The notes under the pieces were generated by a model. That model searched no databases. It worked only from the letters and a program-made list of their open reading frames with translations, and had not been told where the DNA came from. This document shows positions 36,578 through 45,740 of a stretch of DNA of 58,169 nt, in pieces. This DNA comes from a virus, in the IMG/VR virus record IMGVR_UViG_3300002461_000235, positions 1 to 58,169 of that record; one strand, given 5' to 3'. The position numbers and the translations under genes were made by a program. How positions within the stretch are numbered: position 1 is the stretch's first letter; each line of letters opens with the position of its first letter.

Positions 36578-37587
36578 GTTCTCTGCCTTCCTGAAATGAC
36601 ACCCCTGCTTACATCACCTTGAAAGACTAAGCAATAGGTACTGTCTGCAATTCCGCTAGCCATCCAATCTATTTTTTTTACAAACGGTTTAATAATTTTT
36701 AACTGTTTAATAGGATAGACAAAGCCTTTTGGAATACCAGCACATTCATAACTAGCTCCTACTCCTTCATCAGCATGAGAGCGCAATAAATTTAATTCTG
36801 AATAAACATTACCATCTTCTGAGAATGGCTCAATGGCATCTAAAGCTTTAAAGAAGCCAGTGTCTATAGTCCATAGATTAGCCTCACGATTTAAAATACT
36901 AGATACATCAGGCCATTCATCATTGTAGAGCTGAGTTCTAAGCCAGCATCCATCATCAAAATAAAATGTAGCTGAGCAATTACTGTAGCCAAATCCAGTT
37001 AAATTCTTTTTCTGCTTAGCCAAAGCTGCAACAAACTGCTTAGGTAATGGCACATTCGGAGGAAGGTCTAAACCATGCCAAAACTCCATAATCATAACGC
37101 GATTTGTAGATATGACAGAAGGCCCATTCATGAGGACAGACGCGGTTAAAATGTGTTGTGCATTCTCGCTAGCCAAAACCCCTACAGCCTCTACAGCCTC
37201 TTTAAAAGCGTTTGTAATGCCTACAATCTGAGGATCAGGAAGCGCGGTCTGCATCAGAGCCGGATCAAGGCAAGGTACTACAGCTTTAAATTTACCTGAT
37301 TTGATCGAAAGCCTACCGTTATCTAATTGCGTGAGTGAGAAACTATCGTCACATTTTGACAAGGCTTCAGCCAGCAGCATAGTGTGGGCATAGCAGGTAA
37401 TGTCCTCAGAGATAGGACTACCAGCAGCGACAATGCCATTAAAAGCGATAGCCCAATTATTCCGCAATCCGATATGCGTTTCATAAGGCGCTCCTAACTT
37501 CTCACTCACTACACTACAAAATTCTATCGCAGTCAAAAGACTGGATTTATTTGGTTCTGATTTGGAGCCGGGAGATTTACGAGGCAT
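36574..37587 (-). CDS. putative sliding-clamp (DnaN-like) protein
   Basis: Size about 340 aa, position next to the polymerase, and a repetitive beta-strand pattern such as LSIKSGKFKAVVPCLDP; weak. Confidence 0.35.
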   Translation of the reverse strand: MPRKSPGSKSEPNKSSLLTAIEFCSVVSEKLGAPYETHIGLRNNWAIAFNGIVAAGSPISEDITCYAHTMLLAEALSKCDDSFSLTQLDNGRLSIKSGKFKAVVPCLDPALMQTALPDPQIVGITNAFKEAVEAVGVLASENAQHILTASVLMNGPSVISTNRVMIMEFWHGLDLPPNVPLPKQFVAALAKQKKNLTGFGYSNCSATFYFDDGCWLRTQLYNDEWPDVSSILNREANLWTIDTGFFKALDAIEPFSEDGNVYSELNLLRSHADEGVGASYECAGIPKGFVYPIKQLKIIKPFVKKIDWMASGIADSTYCLVFQGDVSRGVISGRQRT

Positions 37588-37596
37588 ACATTAATC

Positions 37597-37854
37597 CTAA
37601 AACGGTATATCCATATCTGGATTATCACTCTCTTTAAACTTCTCACAGCCAAAAACTATAATCCTAGCTGGTGGTCTGACATTAAACATTTTGCAGCTCT
37701 CAGTATCAGTTTCAAAATGTTCACATACTAAACAGCTTTCAAACATCATATTTTTAGGAGTGACTTCTTTTAAAACTTCCATAACTGAAGCAAAGAGCTT
37801 GCCTTGTAGCTCATACTTGCCTATTAGACGGAATTTTAATTTAGTGTCGCTCAT
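37597..37854 (-). CDS. Cys-rich 85-aa protein ending in an SSB-like acidic tip DMDIPF
   Basis: C-terminus verified codon by codon (E S D N P D M D I P F stop); contains CLVCEH...C...C. Confidence 0.6.
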   Translation of the reverse strand: MSDTKLKFRLIGKYELQGKLFASVMEVLKEVTPKNMMFESCLVCEHFETDTESCKMFNVRPPARIIVFGCEKFKESDNPDMDIPF

Positions 37855-38033
37855 GATGTTATTGCATAACTGATAATTCTATCTTGTTCGCGCAAAATTG
37901 GATATTTACATCTTTGTTTCCAACAAAGCCAATCCAAAATATGCCAATAGTAAGAAGGGTTTTCTTTTCTCCAGCACATTTCTCCAGTATCTATTATCAA
38001 TTCTAATTCTCTAGTTTGTTCTAAAGACATCAA
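37851..38033 (-). CDS. hypothetical protein
   Basis: ORF-track ORF, 4-nt overlaps. Confidence 0.5.
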   Translation of the reverse strand: MMSLEQTRELELIIDTGEMCWRKENPSYYWHILDWLCWKQRCKYPILREQDRIISYAITS

Positions 38034-39622
38034 AACTCAGCTCCCAATATCTCCGGATGTAACTTATTAGTATGCACTCGAATAAATCTAGGACAGCGCA
38101 ACTCACTAATTTTTAAAAGTGCTGCATCTACTGTTGCTGGTGGTTCTTCTCTATGCCGTCTCCTCCACCAATCTCTAGCAATTTTACCAGCCATGCCTGA
38201 GTGCTGCAAGCAAATATATTCGCTGTAAGGTTCTCTGCCTAAAACTAGATAGGTAGCTTTAATTGTTGGCGGCTTGCCTAATTTGCCGGGATGTTTTTGG
38301 TAGACTGCTCCAGTCACATTAAACGTTTCTACTATTGGTGTCTGCTCAACAGCAGCAGCTCGAATTAATTCATCTGTGCCAGACTTTGAAACTAATTTGA
38401 CTTGAAAGCTAAATTCAGCGCCACACTGAATACAAAATCTGACCCTAGGGTGATTGTAACAGCCGCACTCCTCGCAGATTTTAATAGGTAGCTCTCCTCC
38501 ACTTTCACCTTTCTTATTTGGTATCCTAGGATCATTGATAGGACCAAGCCTAGGAGTATTGCGAGCGAAGTCCAAGACAAGGCAATCTTTTTTAGCTGGC
38601 CTAGTGCCTCTCCCAAGCATCTGTACCCATAGAGGAACGCTCAAGGTTGGTCGCAGCATTCCAATCAAATCTATTTCTGGATGGTTGAAGCCTGTTGTAA
38701 GCTTTCCGTAATTAACAATAGCTTTGAGTTTATTTGATTTAAACGCTCTGATAGCTGCATCATTATATTCTGAAGGACGCTTAGAATGAACAGGGGCACA
38801 ATCAACACCAAAGGCTCCCAACTGCTCAGCGATATGCTCAGCATGCTCAATGCCGCTAGCAAAAATAAGCCACGATTTACGATTAGCTCCAGCATGACAC
38901 AACTCCTGTAGCGCTTTAAATGTTATCTCTGCTTTGTCTACTGCTCCTTGTAACTGAGTAGCAACAAATTCACCTTTTTGAATGCTCACATCAGATACAT
39001 CAAGCTCAGTTTTGGTACGCAACGGAATGAGAGGAGCCATATAGCCAGCAGCTAGCAGCTCGTTAAAGCCTTCTAAGTCTGTCTTGTCATAAACTACATC
39101 AGTGAACAATCCATTTTCTGTGATCATGCCCATACCCATACGATACAGGGTAGCTGACATGCCGATGATTTTTAAATTCGGATTGATCAGTTTTAAAAAT
39201 GCAAACAAGGTTTGGTATTGGCTGCTCTCTTCAGCAGAAACCAAATGAGCTTCATCTACAAACGCAATATCACGATGACCAAACCAGTCAGGATGTTTGA
39301 TCATTGACTGCACTCCACCAAAAATAATTGGCTGAGCCGTCTGCTTCAGCTTTAAACCACTCGAATAAATACCAAGAGGGGCTTCAGGCCAAAGTTTTAA
39401 AAGTTCATCTGCATTTTGTTGGATCAGCTCTTTAACGTGAGTGATCATGAGGAAACGCTGATTAGGCCAGCGCTTCATGATACCTTGAATGAATGCAGCA
39501 GGGAGGACAGATTTTCCAGTGCCAGTAGGAAGCCCGATTAAGGGATTGCCGGTTTCGTGAGTGAGGAAATAATTATAGAGAGCGTCTAGCGCTTCCTGCT
39601 GGTAGTAGCGAAGTTGGATCAT
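38030..39622 (-). CDS. SF2 DEAH-box DNA helicase with a C-terminal zinc ribbon
   Basis: GLPTGTGKS, FVDEAH, MSAT, QMLGRGTR, CEECG...CIQCG. Confidence 0.85.
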   Translation of the reverse strand: MIQLRYYQQEALDALYNYFLTHETGNPLIGLPTGTGKSVLPAAFIQGIMKRWPNQRFLMITHVKELIQQNADELLKLWPEAPLGIYSSGLKLKQTAQPIIFGGVQSMIKHPDWFGHRDIAFVDEAHLVSAEESSQYQTLFAFLKLINPNLKIIGMSATLYRMGMGMITENGLFTDVVYDKTDLEGFNELLAAGYMAPLIPLRTKTELDVSDVSIQKGEFVATQLQGAVDKAEITFKALQELCHAGANRKSWLIFASGIEHAEHIAEQLGAFGVDCAPVHSKRPSEYNDAAIRAFKSNKLKAIVNYGKLTTGFNHPEIDLIGMLRPTLSVPLWVQMLGRGTRPAKKDCLVLDFARNTPRLGPINDPRIPNKKGESGGELPIKICEECGCYNHPRVRFCIQCGAEFSFQVKLVSKSGTDELIRAAAVEQTPIVETFNVTGAVYQKHPGKLGKPPTIKATYLVLGREPYSEYICLQHSGMAGKIARDWWRRRHREEPPATVDAALLKISELRCPRFIRVHTNKLHPEILGAEF

Positions 39623-39624
39623 TT

Positions 39625-39900
39625 TTAAAATTTTACATTCTTATCGGCATGATGCTGATCTAGCTTTTCAATTGCCTGCTGTAGAATTTCGCGCAATTTG
39701 CCGCGAGACCAAAAAGTTACAGCCGCGCTATCATCGTCTCCTTCGCGATGTATAAATGGACCTTGAACATTTTCACCACTAGGTAGAGTTGTGGGCAAAT
39801 AAAGATAGAAACGACAAGCCTCGAATACATTACCATCAATTTCTTTTTCAATAATTTCAATTCGATTGGTCATTTCTTCAGCATAGATATTTACTCGCAT
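39625..39900 (-). CDS. hypothetical protein
   Basis: ORF-track ORF. Confidence 0.55.
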   Translation of the reverse strand: MRVNIYAEEMTNRIEIIEKEIDGNVFEACRFYLYLPTTLPSGENVQGPFIHREGDDDSAAVTFWSRGKLREILQQAIEKLDQHHADKNVKF

Positions 39901-39943
39901 TTTAATTTATCCTTCTATATTCTTTATGATATTGTTTCCAGCG

Positions 39944-40807
39944 CTAAATTGGTAACCATTGGTCACATCCTTTTTTAATCCAGTCACTAGGAATATTTGA
40001 ATTATGAAGTCCGCAATGCCATTGCGCGGCCTCTACTGGCGTAGCGTTGCGGCATGAACGGCAATTCTTTTCAGGCTGTACTCCTTTGTGGCAGATGTCA
40101 GTTAAATGACACCACTTACATTCATACGCAGATGGATTTTCAGATATCCTAGGAGGAGGCTCTTTAGAAAATATAATCTGCTCAGCCTTCTTTTCTAATT
40201 GCGCTCCATAATTCCAATCAAGCTCAATAACTTTAAAAGTTATATGACTGTCATTCTTATTCTCAATCATGTAAATACAGTATTTAATACCAGTCTTATA
40301 GCCATACTGACATTCTTGTGCCCAATGTTGAGGCTTAGATTTTTGCAAAGTCTCTTTACTTACTTTCTCGTATCCTGATCCAGTGTTATTAGTCTTAAAG
40401 CTGAGAGAAAGTATAATATCTCCAATAATTTCATATCTAGCTGGTGGAATGCACTTACCATCTAGCGAGCCGCCATAATGGCCCCAAGCTCCAGAGATAC
40501 GGAACTGTTTTCCATCTTCATCAAATTCTTTAACCTCAAAACCAATACCGCGAAGATAAGTCACAAATCTAGGCTCAGCAGAATGACCTACATTAAATAG
40601 ACGCATCATACGACCATCAAAATTTTCCTGTTTAACCCAACGGAATTGATACCAGAGCTTACGCCAGCAAGTATCACCTAGCGTTGAGGCTCCTAGATGA
40701 TTTCTATGACCTTGCTCATAGTAGCTAGCGCAGAATGCATCAATGTCAGCATCTAGCAATTCTTCTAGCTTTTCACGGTCTGAGGCTTTGGATAGATCAA
40801 GCATCAA
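39944..40807 (-). CDS. Cas4/RecB-like PD-(D/E)XK nuclease with Cys clusters
   Basis: N-terminal Cys (GDTCWRKLWY), GSLDG, QxxxY-like QECQYGY, C-terminal CKWCHLTDIC plus extra Cys. The expected ExK position reads SFK, so activity is uncertain. Confidence 0.55.
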   Translation of the reverse strand: MMLDLSKASDREKLEELLDADIDAFCASYYEQGHRNHLGASTLGDTCWRKLWYQFRWVKQENFDGRMMRLFNVGHSAEPRFVTYLRGIGFEVKEFDEDGKQFRISGAWGHYGGSLDGKCIPPARYEIIGDIILSLSFKTNNTGSGYEKVSKETLQKSKPQHWAQECQYGYKTGIKYCIYMIENKNDSHITFKVIELDWNYGAQLEKKAEQIIFSKEPPPRISENPSAYECKWCHLTDICHKGVQPEKNCRSCRNATPVEAAQWHCGLHNSNIPSDWIKKGCDQWLPI

Positions 40808-40994
40808 TCAATTCCATACTATCTACCATTTCCCATTTAGTGCAAGCTATACCATGCTCGCATTTGGCTACCCAATTGCTAGGGGCAAACCAACAAGTAC
40901 CGTCATGCAATCTACCAAATGAGGCTAATGAGCTACCACCATCAATCCAAAAAATTCTATAAACGCCATTTTTAAATTTTGAAGGATTATACAT
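40797..40994 (-). CDS. hypothetical protein
   Basis: ORF-track ORF. Confidence 0.5.
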   Translation of the reverse strand: MYNPSKFKNGVYRIFWIDGGSSLASFGRLHDGTCWFAPSNWVAKCEHGIACTKWEMVDSMELIDA

Positions 40995-41083
40995 TATCTA
41001 TTCTCCATTTAAAAACGGATTGCTAATAAGTGCGGCCTTACTAGCAATCCGTAAGTTTGTTTAACAGTTAATACGGCTTCTTA

Positions 41084-41758
41084 TTAGCGAGTTCCCCAAG
41101 GAGGAGCAGCGCCTCCAGCGGCGTTACCTCCCGGTTGCCAAGCTCCACCACCCTGAGGAGCTTGCTGCTGAGGCTGTTGCTGAGCGGGCTGCTGAGGCTG
41201 CTGATTAGGCTGACCCCAACCTCCTCCCGGCTGCTGTGTCATAGGCGCTGGCCCTGCCTGAGGCTGTTGTGGCTGACCTTGAGGCTGCTGTGCAAACCCT
41301 CCTCCGGCCTGTCCCTGCTGAGCCTGAGCAGGTTTGCTAGGATCATTGCCATTAATATCATAAACACGCTTCAATTCAGTATAACCCTTACCTTCAGGAT
41401 TAGTCGCAGGGTCCTCTCCCTTTTGATAGCCAACATCCATCAAGCCTTTACCGCCGCGCAATGCAGCACATTCGTTTTGACCATCAATATTATAGATACC
41501 AACAGCGCGGCAAAGTGCTGAGAGCTGCTGATAAGCAATTTCAACAGCTTTAGGGGAAGCATTGTTGATATTGTAGCGATGGGTGACAGCACCCTGAGGA
41601 GAAGTAAGCTCTACTACCAGCATTCCACCAGTCTTGTCTTTGGTTTCGACAATGGAAGTGCTAGTAATAGTAAACGGAATTTTAAGTGCTGGAGGATGGC
41701 CCTCCATACCCTGCTTAGGTTCATACTGATTTGCATTGAAACTCCATTGGACCTGCAT
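41084..41758 (-). CDS. single-stranded DNA-binding protein, DUF669-like, with a long Q/P/G-rich tail
   Basis: N-terminal pattern resembles the DUF669 phage SSB family. The tail lacks an acidic tip and ends PPWGTR. Confidence 0.55.
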   Translation of the reverse strand: MQVQWSFNANQYEPKQGMEGHPPALKIPFTITSTSIVETKDKTGGMLVVELTSPQGAVTHRYNINNASPKAVEIAYQQLSALCRAVGIYNIDGQNECAALRGGKGLMDVGYQKGEDPATNPEGKGYTELKRVYDINGNDPSKPAQAQQGQAGGGFAQQPQGQPQQPQAGPAPMTQQPGGGWGQPNQQPQQPAQQQPQQQAPQGGGAWQPGGNAAGGAAPPWGTR

Positions 41759-41773
41759 AATTTTGATATCCTT

Positions 41774-42337
41774 TTAAGTTAAGTTGTTCCATCTTGTATT
41801 TGCAGCTTTAGACATTTTAGCTCTATTTACATCCTTAGCTTCTCCATTAAATCTAGCCTTCATTGCTTTTGATATCTTAGCTTTAGTTTCATCAGAAGAA
41901 GCTTTTCTATTCTTAGGGTAGTTAGTTTTTCTTCCAGTCTGAATTAGACTTATTTTGCTTTTGGTTTCTTGTGTGTGTTTTCTTCCTAATTGCTTAATCC
42001 TCATTTTTTCTATAGTAGCTTCAGAATGCTTTCTGCCTGTCATTCCGCTACCAACTTCACATTTATTGTAGCCAAATTCTTCTTCAGTAGCTCTATGCTT
42101 GGCTATATAATATGCTTCTGTTTCGTACAATTTTTGAACGTCTACCAGCTCAATTATAATGAAGTCAAAAGCCTCAGCTCCATATAAATTGTAAGCTCGC
42201 TGAAGATGTTCATTATGATGAATATTTTTGGTAAGTCTAGTAAAATGTTCTGATCTACGCTTTAAAAGATAAACCGCGCTACCGATATATAATTTTAAAC
42301 TTATTTTATTAAGAATAAAATATATACCGGAGCGCAT
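41774..42337 (-). CDS. free-standing GIY-YIG homing endonuclease (paralog of 18394-18930)
   Basis: GIYFILN...LYIGSA...R..H motifs; NUMOD3-like repeats GRKHSEATIEKM and GRKHTQETKSKI. Confidence 0.85.
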   Translation of the reverse strand: MRSGIYFILNKISLKLYIGSAVYLLKRRSEHFTRLTKNIHHNEHLQRAYNLYGAEAFDFIIIELVDVQKLYETEAYYIAKHRATEEEFGYNKCEVGSGMTGRKHSEATIEKMRIKQLGRKHTQETKSKISLIQTGRKTNYPKNRKASSDETKAKISKAMKARFNGEAKDVNRAKMSKAANTRWNNLT

Positions 42338-42342
42338 TAGTT

Positions 42343-42534
42343 TTAATCCTTATAGATTGTAGAACGTACAGCGCAATCCTTAGCTTCTAAAAGCTTGCGT
42401 AATGCAACAGTGCGCTCAGGGTTTTGAGGAAAGTTGCCCACAATATAATGAGCTAACTCATGGAACACTTTACTAGCATTTTGAAGATGCTCAGGCAAGT
42501 GCTTATATTCAAAAAATTGAAGCATCCTATCCAT
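42343..42534 (-). CDS. hypothetical protein
   Basis: ORF-track ORF. Confidence 0.5.
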   Translation of the reverse strand: MDRMLQFFEYKHLPEHLQNASKVFHELAHYIVGNFPQNPERTVALRKLLEAKDCAVRSTIYKD

Positions 42535-42536
42535 TT

Positions 42537-42851
42537 TTAAACTTTTCCCATAAGCTCGTTTAAACGTCCAATAGAATTGCTAATCCTATTTTCAAAACGA
42601 GTGATAGTTTCCTCTAGCTGCTGACATAGTGAAAGTTTAACAGGGCCAACTTGGTTCTCAGAGACATTCCAGCCAGCTTCAACAGCTTGCTTGCGTGATA
42701 GAACTACAATTCCTGGACGCTTATAAGGCCCTCGCTTAGTTCCCGGTTTAACGCCACGTTTTTTAGTTGCGTTAGCTTTGCGAGTAATCCAAGCTTTTTT
42801 AGCTATAGCACTTCTAGATTTCTTAGCCATTATGTTGATGCTCCCGGCCAA
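42537..42851 (-). CDS. hypothetical protein with a strongly basic N-terminus
   Basis: ORF-track ORF; KKSRSAIAKKAWITRKANATKKRGVKPGTKRGPYKRPG. Confidence 0.5.
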   Translation of the reverse strand: MAGSINIMAKKSRSAIAKKAWITRKANATKKRGVKPGTKRGPYKRPGIVVLSRKQAVEAGWNVSENQVGPVKLSLCQQLEETITRFENRISNSIGRLNELMGKV

Positions 42852-43054
42852 ACAGGAGCAACAAAATTAGTTTCAGTAGCTTTCTTTTCTTCAACTTTCT
42901 CAGGCTCAGAGAAAGCTTTAAGACGCTTGTTGAGATAGTTCATACGCTCAAGACTATAATCAGTTTCATTAATAGTTTCTCTGGCGTGATACATAATCAA
43001 CGCTTTAATTTCATCTTCATTTAGATTGCAGGCTTTAGTTTTAGCTTCAGACAT
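42830..43054 (-). CDS. hypothetical protein
   Basis: ORF-track ORF. Confidence 0.5.
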   Translation of the reverse strand: MSEAKTKACNLNEDEIKALIMYHARETINETDYSLERMNYLNKRLKAFSEPEKVEEKKATETNFVAPVWPGAST

Positions 43055-43055
43055 T

Positions 43056-43262
43056 TTAAATAAACCCTTTTTCTAGTGCCAGCCATTCTGGCATTGTGAA
43101 AGTTTTATCATCGTTCATTTGGCATTGTGACTTAGGTATCCAAATGCGTAGTTCGCTAGGTTTTGTGTCTCCTTTTTTAATTTCTGATCTACCATCATAA
43201 ATAAGATAAGCTTTGTCTGTTTCATGACGTAACTCAGCAGCTATGTCTATAAGTTTAAGCAT
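43056..43262 (-). CDS. hypothetical protein
   Basis: ORF-track ORF. Confidence 0.5.
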   Translation of the reverse strand: MLKLIDIAAELRHETDKAYLIYDGRSEIKKGDTKPSELRIWIPKSQCQMNDDKTFTMPEWLALEKGFI

Positions 43263-43263
43263 T

Positions 43264-43983
43264 TTAATAATTGATCAGTGGTGGAGCTGACATTGCTTTT
43301 TCAATAAGTGCTCCAAAGTTAGGAGGCTCAAAGTCAGCTAGGTTGCCAGTCCTGTTGCGAGCCATGACATTCATATTTCCATTGCATTGAAAAGCTAGAT
43401 GTTCTCCCGGCATACCGGGAATAGCTTGTGTCTTAGCTAGCCTAATAATGAAATCATATAAATGAGGAACGTCAACAGGTAAAACTTTTCCGGGAAAGTA
43501 TGGTCTACGCAACGATTGATAATCTACGTCAGCTATTTCCTCCTTACAAATTAAATAAACATGCTTATAGCGAGTGTAAAACAATGTTCGCAAATGCTCC
43601 ATTGTGTTTCTCGCCATATCGCCATAAGCAGCTTGCCCATGAACCTTATTACCAGCTTTGCTGGTGCCTGTCAGAGCAGCATTTAAATAAATGTCTGCCA
43701 TCTGAGAGCCGCTATCAATTCCTAACGTATCAAAATTTTTGGTTTCAGTTGAATTAAAAAACCATTTAAAAAATTCGTCCACTCGCTGCGAAGTGTAAGC
43801 TTCATATGTGGGAATGGTTGAGCCTCGCATAGATAGCAAACCTGCTTCAGTAGCAAGCAATACTGGCCTAGGAGCGCTGTTCAAAATTGGGGTTTTTCCA
43901 GTACCAGCAGGCCCATATACAATAGCTTTGATACCAAAGTTATTAGCATGGTCGCCAGCAGCTTTTAAATCGCGAATATCCAT
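43264..43983 (-). CDS. RecA-fold AAA ATPase (Sak4-like recombination protein)
   Basis: Walker A VYGPAGTGKT; size and context match phage Sak4-type modules. Confidence 0.65.
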   Translation of the reverse strand: MDIRDLKAAGDHANNFGIKAIVYGPAGTGKTPILNSAPRPVLLATEAGLLSMRGSTIPTYEAYTSQRVDEFFKWFFNSTETKNFDTLGIDSGSQMADIYLNAALTGTSKAGNKVHGQAAYGDMARNTMEHLRTLFYTRYKHVYLICKEEIADVDYQSLRRPYFPGKVLPVDVPHLYDFIIRLAKTQAIPGMPGEHLAFQCNGNMNVMARNRTGNLADFEPPNFGALIEKAMSAPPLINY

Positions 43984-44145
43984 TTAATTTTTCTTATTTG
44001 CAATAATGTTAATACATTCAAGAAAATTTACAACTAAATCTATAGTAGCGTTAACAACTACTACGTCCTCAGGTTTAAATTTAACTCCTTTAGCGTAAGC
44101 ATTCACTATAGTATTTACCCTAGCTCTTATGTCATTATCTGTCAT
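43984..44145 (-). CDS. possible 53-aa protein
   Basis: Own translation MTDNDIRARVNTIVNAYAKG...; TAATG overlap upstream, and its stop abuts the ATPase start. Confidence 0.4.
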   Translation of the reverse strand: MTDNDIRARVNTIVNAYAKGVKFKPEDVVVVNATIDLVVNFLECINIIANKKN

Positions 44146-44333
44146 TATTTAGCTTTCCTATCATCTTTAAGTTCTACAGGGATCATTCCGTTTGTGGCAA
44201 TGCGAGCTGCACAAATGCCGTCAATATTAATCCAAATCATCAAGCCATCGTGGCGCACATTAATTTCTACACCAGCTTTAGCTGCAATATCTCCTAGATA
44301 ACGAGTTTCTTTAAATTCAGGAGGAGTGTTCAT
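44145..44333 (-). CDS. hypothetical protein
   Basis: ORF-track ORF. Confidence 0.5.
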   Translation of the reverse strand: MNTPPEFKETRYLGDIAAKAGVEINVRHDGLMIWINIDGICAARIATNGMIPVELKDDRKAK

Positions 44334-44519
44334 TTAAATCTCATAATACTTAGGAAAGAGCTTAAGCGTTCTTAGTGCCGTTTCAGCTTCTTCTAGTGTT
44401 GCAAAAGAAGTCAATTCTTCCCAATATTGTATCAAGCCAAAATACTTATAATCTTTTCTGTAAATACAATAAGTAATGGTTGTGTATTGCGGCCTATATT
44501 CAATTTTAAATTTTCTCAT
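44334..44519 (-). CDS. hypothetical protein
   Basis: ORF-track ORF. Confidence 0.5.
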   Translation of the reverse strand: MRKFKIEYRPQYTTITYCIYRKDYKYFGLIQYWEELTSFATLEEAETALRTLKLFPKYYEI

Positions 44520-45073
44520 TTTTTCCCCTTAGGCTCCTTTATTTCTAATGTCGGAGCAGCTTCAGTAATAGTTAGCATCTCGCCAATAACAGACAGCGCA
44601 GTCTGAGCAAACTGACTTCCCTTCTCTTTATCTTCCTGAAGCTGGCGATACTCCGTAAGCAAAAAATTTGGTTTCCAGCTTACAAGCCTATCGGCAATAG
44701 CTGAGCCTGCTGCTCCCATATTGGAAAGCTTTTCAAGGCAAGCCTCTACAGTGTCATTATCAGCAAGATTATAATTATATTTAACTCCAGCCTTAAGCTG
44801 ATATCCTTCACCAAGCTCCTTAGTGTTCATACCTTCCTTAGGCTTAGGAAATTCGCGCGTTACAATGTATTTGCGCAATTCCATTTCTTCAGCTTTAGCA
44901 GTCTCAATAGCGTCCTTCTTCTTCTGCCATTCGAGCAAAAGCTGATCATTAGTTAGTTTATCATAAGGAGAGGATGGTTTAGGGTCTGAAGGCCAAGGAT
45001 TTATATTAGCTGATGGCGCATCAATATTAGCATTAGGCCAATTATTCATTTTAAATTCCTTTAGCTTTGGCAA
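44516..45073 (-). CDS. hypothetical replication/recombination-module protein
   Basis: ORF-track ORF. Confidence 0.55.
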   Translation of the reverse strand: MPKLKEFKMNNWPNANIDAPSANINPWPSDPKPSSPYDKLTNDQLLLEWQKKKDAIETAKAEEMELRKYIVTREFPKPKEGMNTKELGEGYQLKAGVKYNYNLADNDTVEACLEKLSNMGAAGSAIADRLVSWKPNFLLTEYRQLQEDKEKGSQFAQTALSVIGEMLTITEAAPTLEIKEPKGKK

Positions 45074-45093
45074 TTAAAATTTTAAGCCAAGCA

Positions 45094-45471
45094 TCAAACA
45101 TCTGTTTTAGGCCATGCTGCATTATTATTTGAATTAGACTGAGCATCAAGCCTATTTAGCATTTTACTAGCTTCGCTCAGTTCTATTAAATTAGTTTCAA
45201 TTTCTTTACTATCAGCTTTATCCACTAATACCTTATCAAGCTGCTGTGTCATTCTGCCAGAGCGATCAAATAACAATGCCAACCTAATGTCAATTAGGTC
45301 TAGGAAAGCATCATCGTTTTCATCCCATTTTGTAATACCTAGTACGGTAGTGTGGGCAGATATAAAACTACGGCGCATTGCAGTGCGATGCTCAAGCCAC
45401 AAAGCCTTATCGTCAGCGTCTAAGGATTTTAGAATTTCACGAACATCAAGCATTTTCATTTTCCATTTCAA
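45094..45471 (-). CDS. hypothetical protein; first gene of the leftward operon
   Basis: ORF-track ORF. Confidence 0.55.
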   Translation of the reverse strand: MKWKMKMLDVREILKSLDADDKALWLEHRTAMRRSFISAHTTVLGITKWDENDDAFLDLIDIRLALLFDRSGRMTQQLDKVLVDKADSKEIETNLIELSEASKMLNRLDAQSNSNNNAAWPKTDV

Positions 45472-45672
45472 TTTTAATGATTAACGATTTGGGTATTCTG
45501 TTAGGCAAAGAAGTCCTCATTTAATATTTAATATGACAGGTATAGTTGGATAGTATATAGCCTCTCTTTTCAGAGCTACTTTTTAGGTAGACGGCTCATG
45601 AGCGCTCCTTTTGCACTGTTTAGACCCTCACGCAAGGGGTTTTGAGTGGTTTCAGCATACACGGCGATTTCC

Positions 45673-45696
45673 TTACGTCAAGAGGGTATTACGTCA
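45673..45696 (+). promoter_or_regulatory. two direct TTACGTCA repeats just upstream of a TTGACA box (45705-45710)
   Basis: Read directly; 16 bp start-to-start. Confidence 0.35.
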
Positions 45697-45740
45697 TTTT
45701 TTTCTTGACAGGGAAAACTTTTTAACTATGCGTAGAGAGC

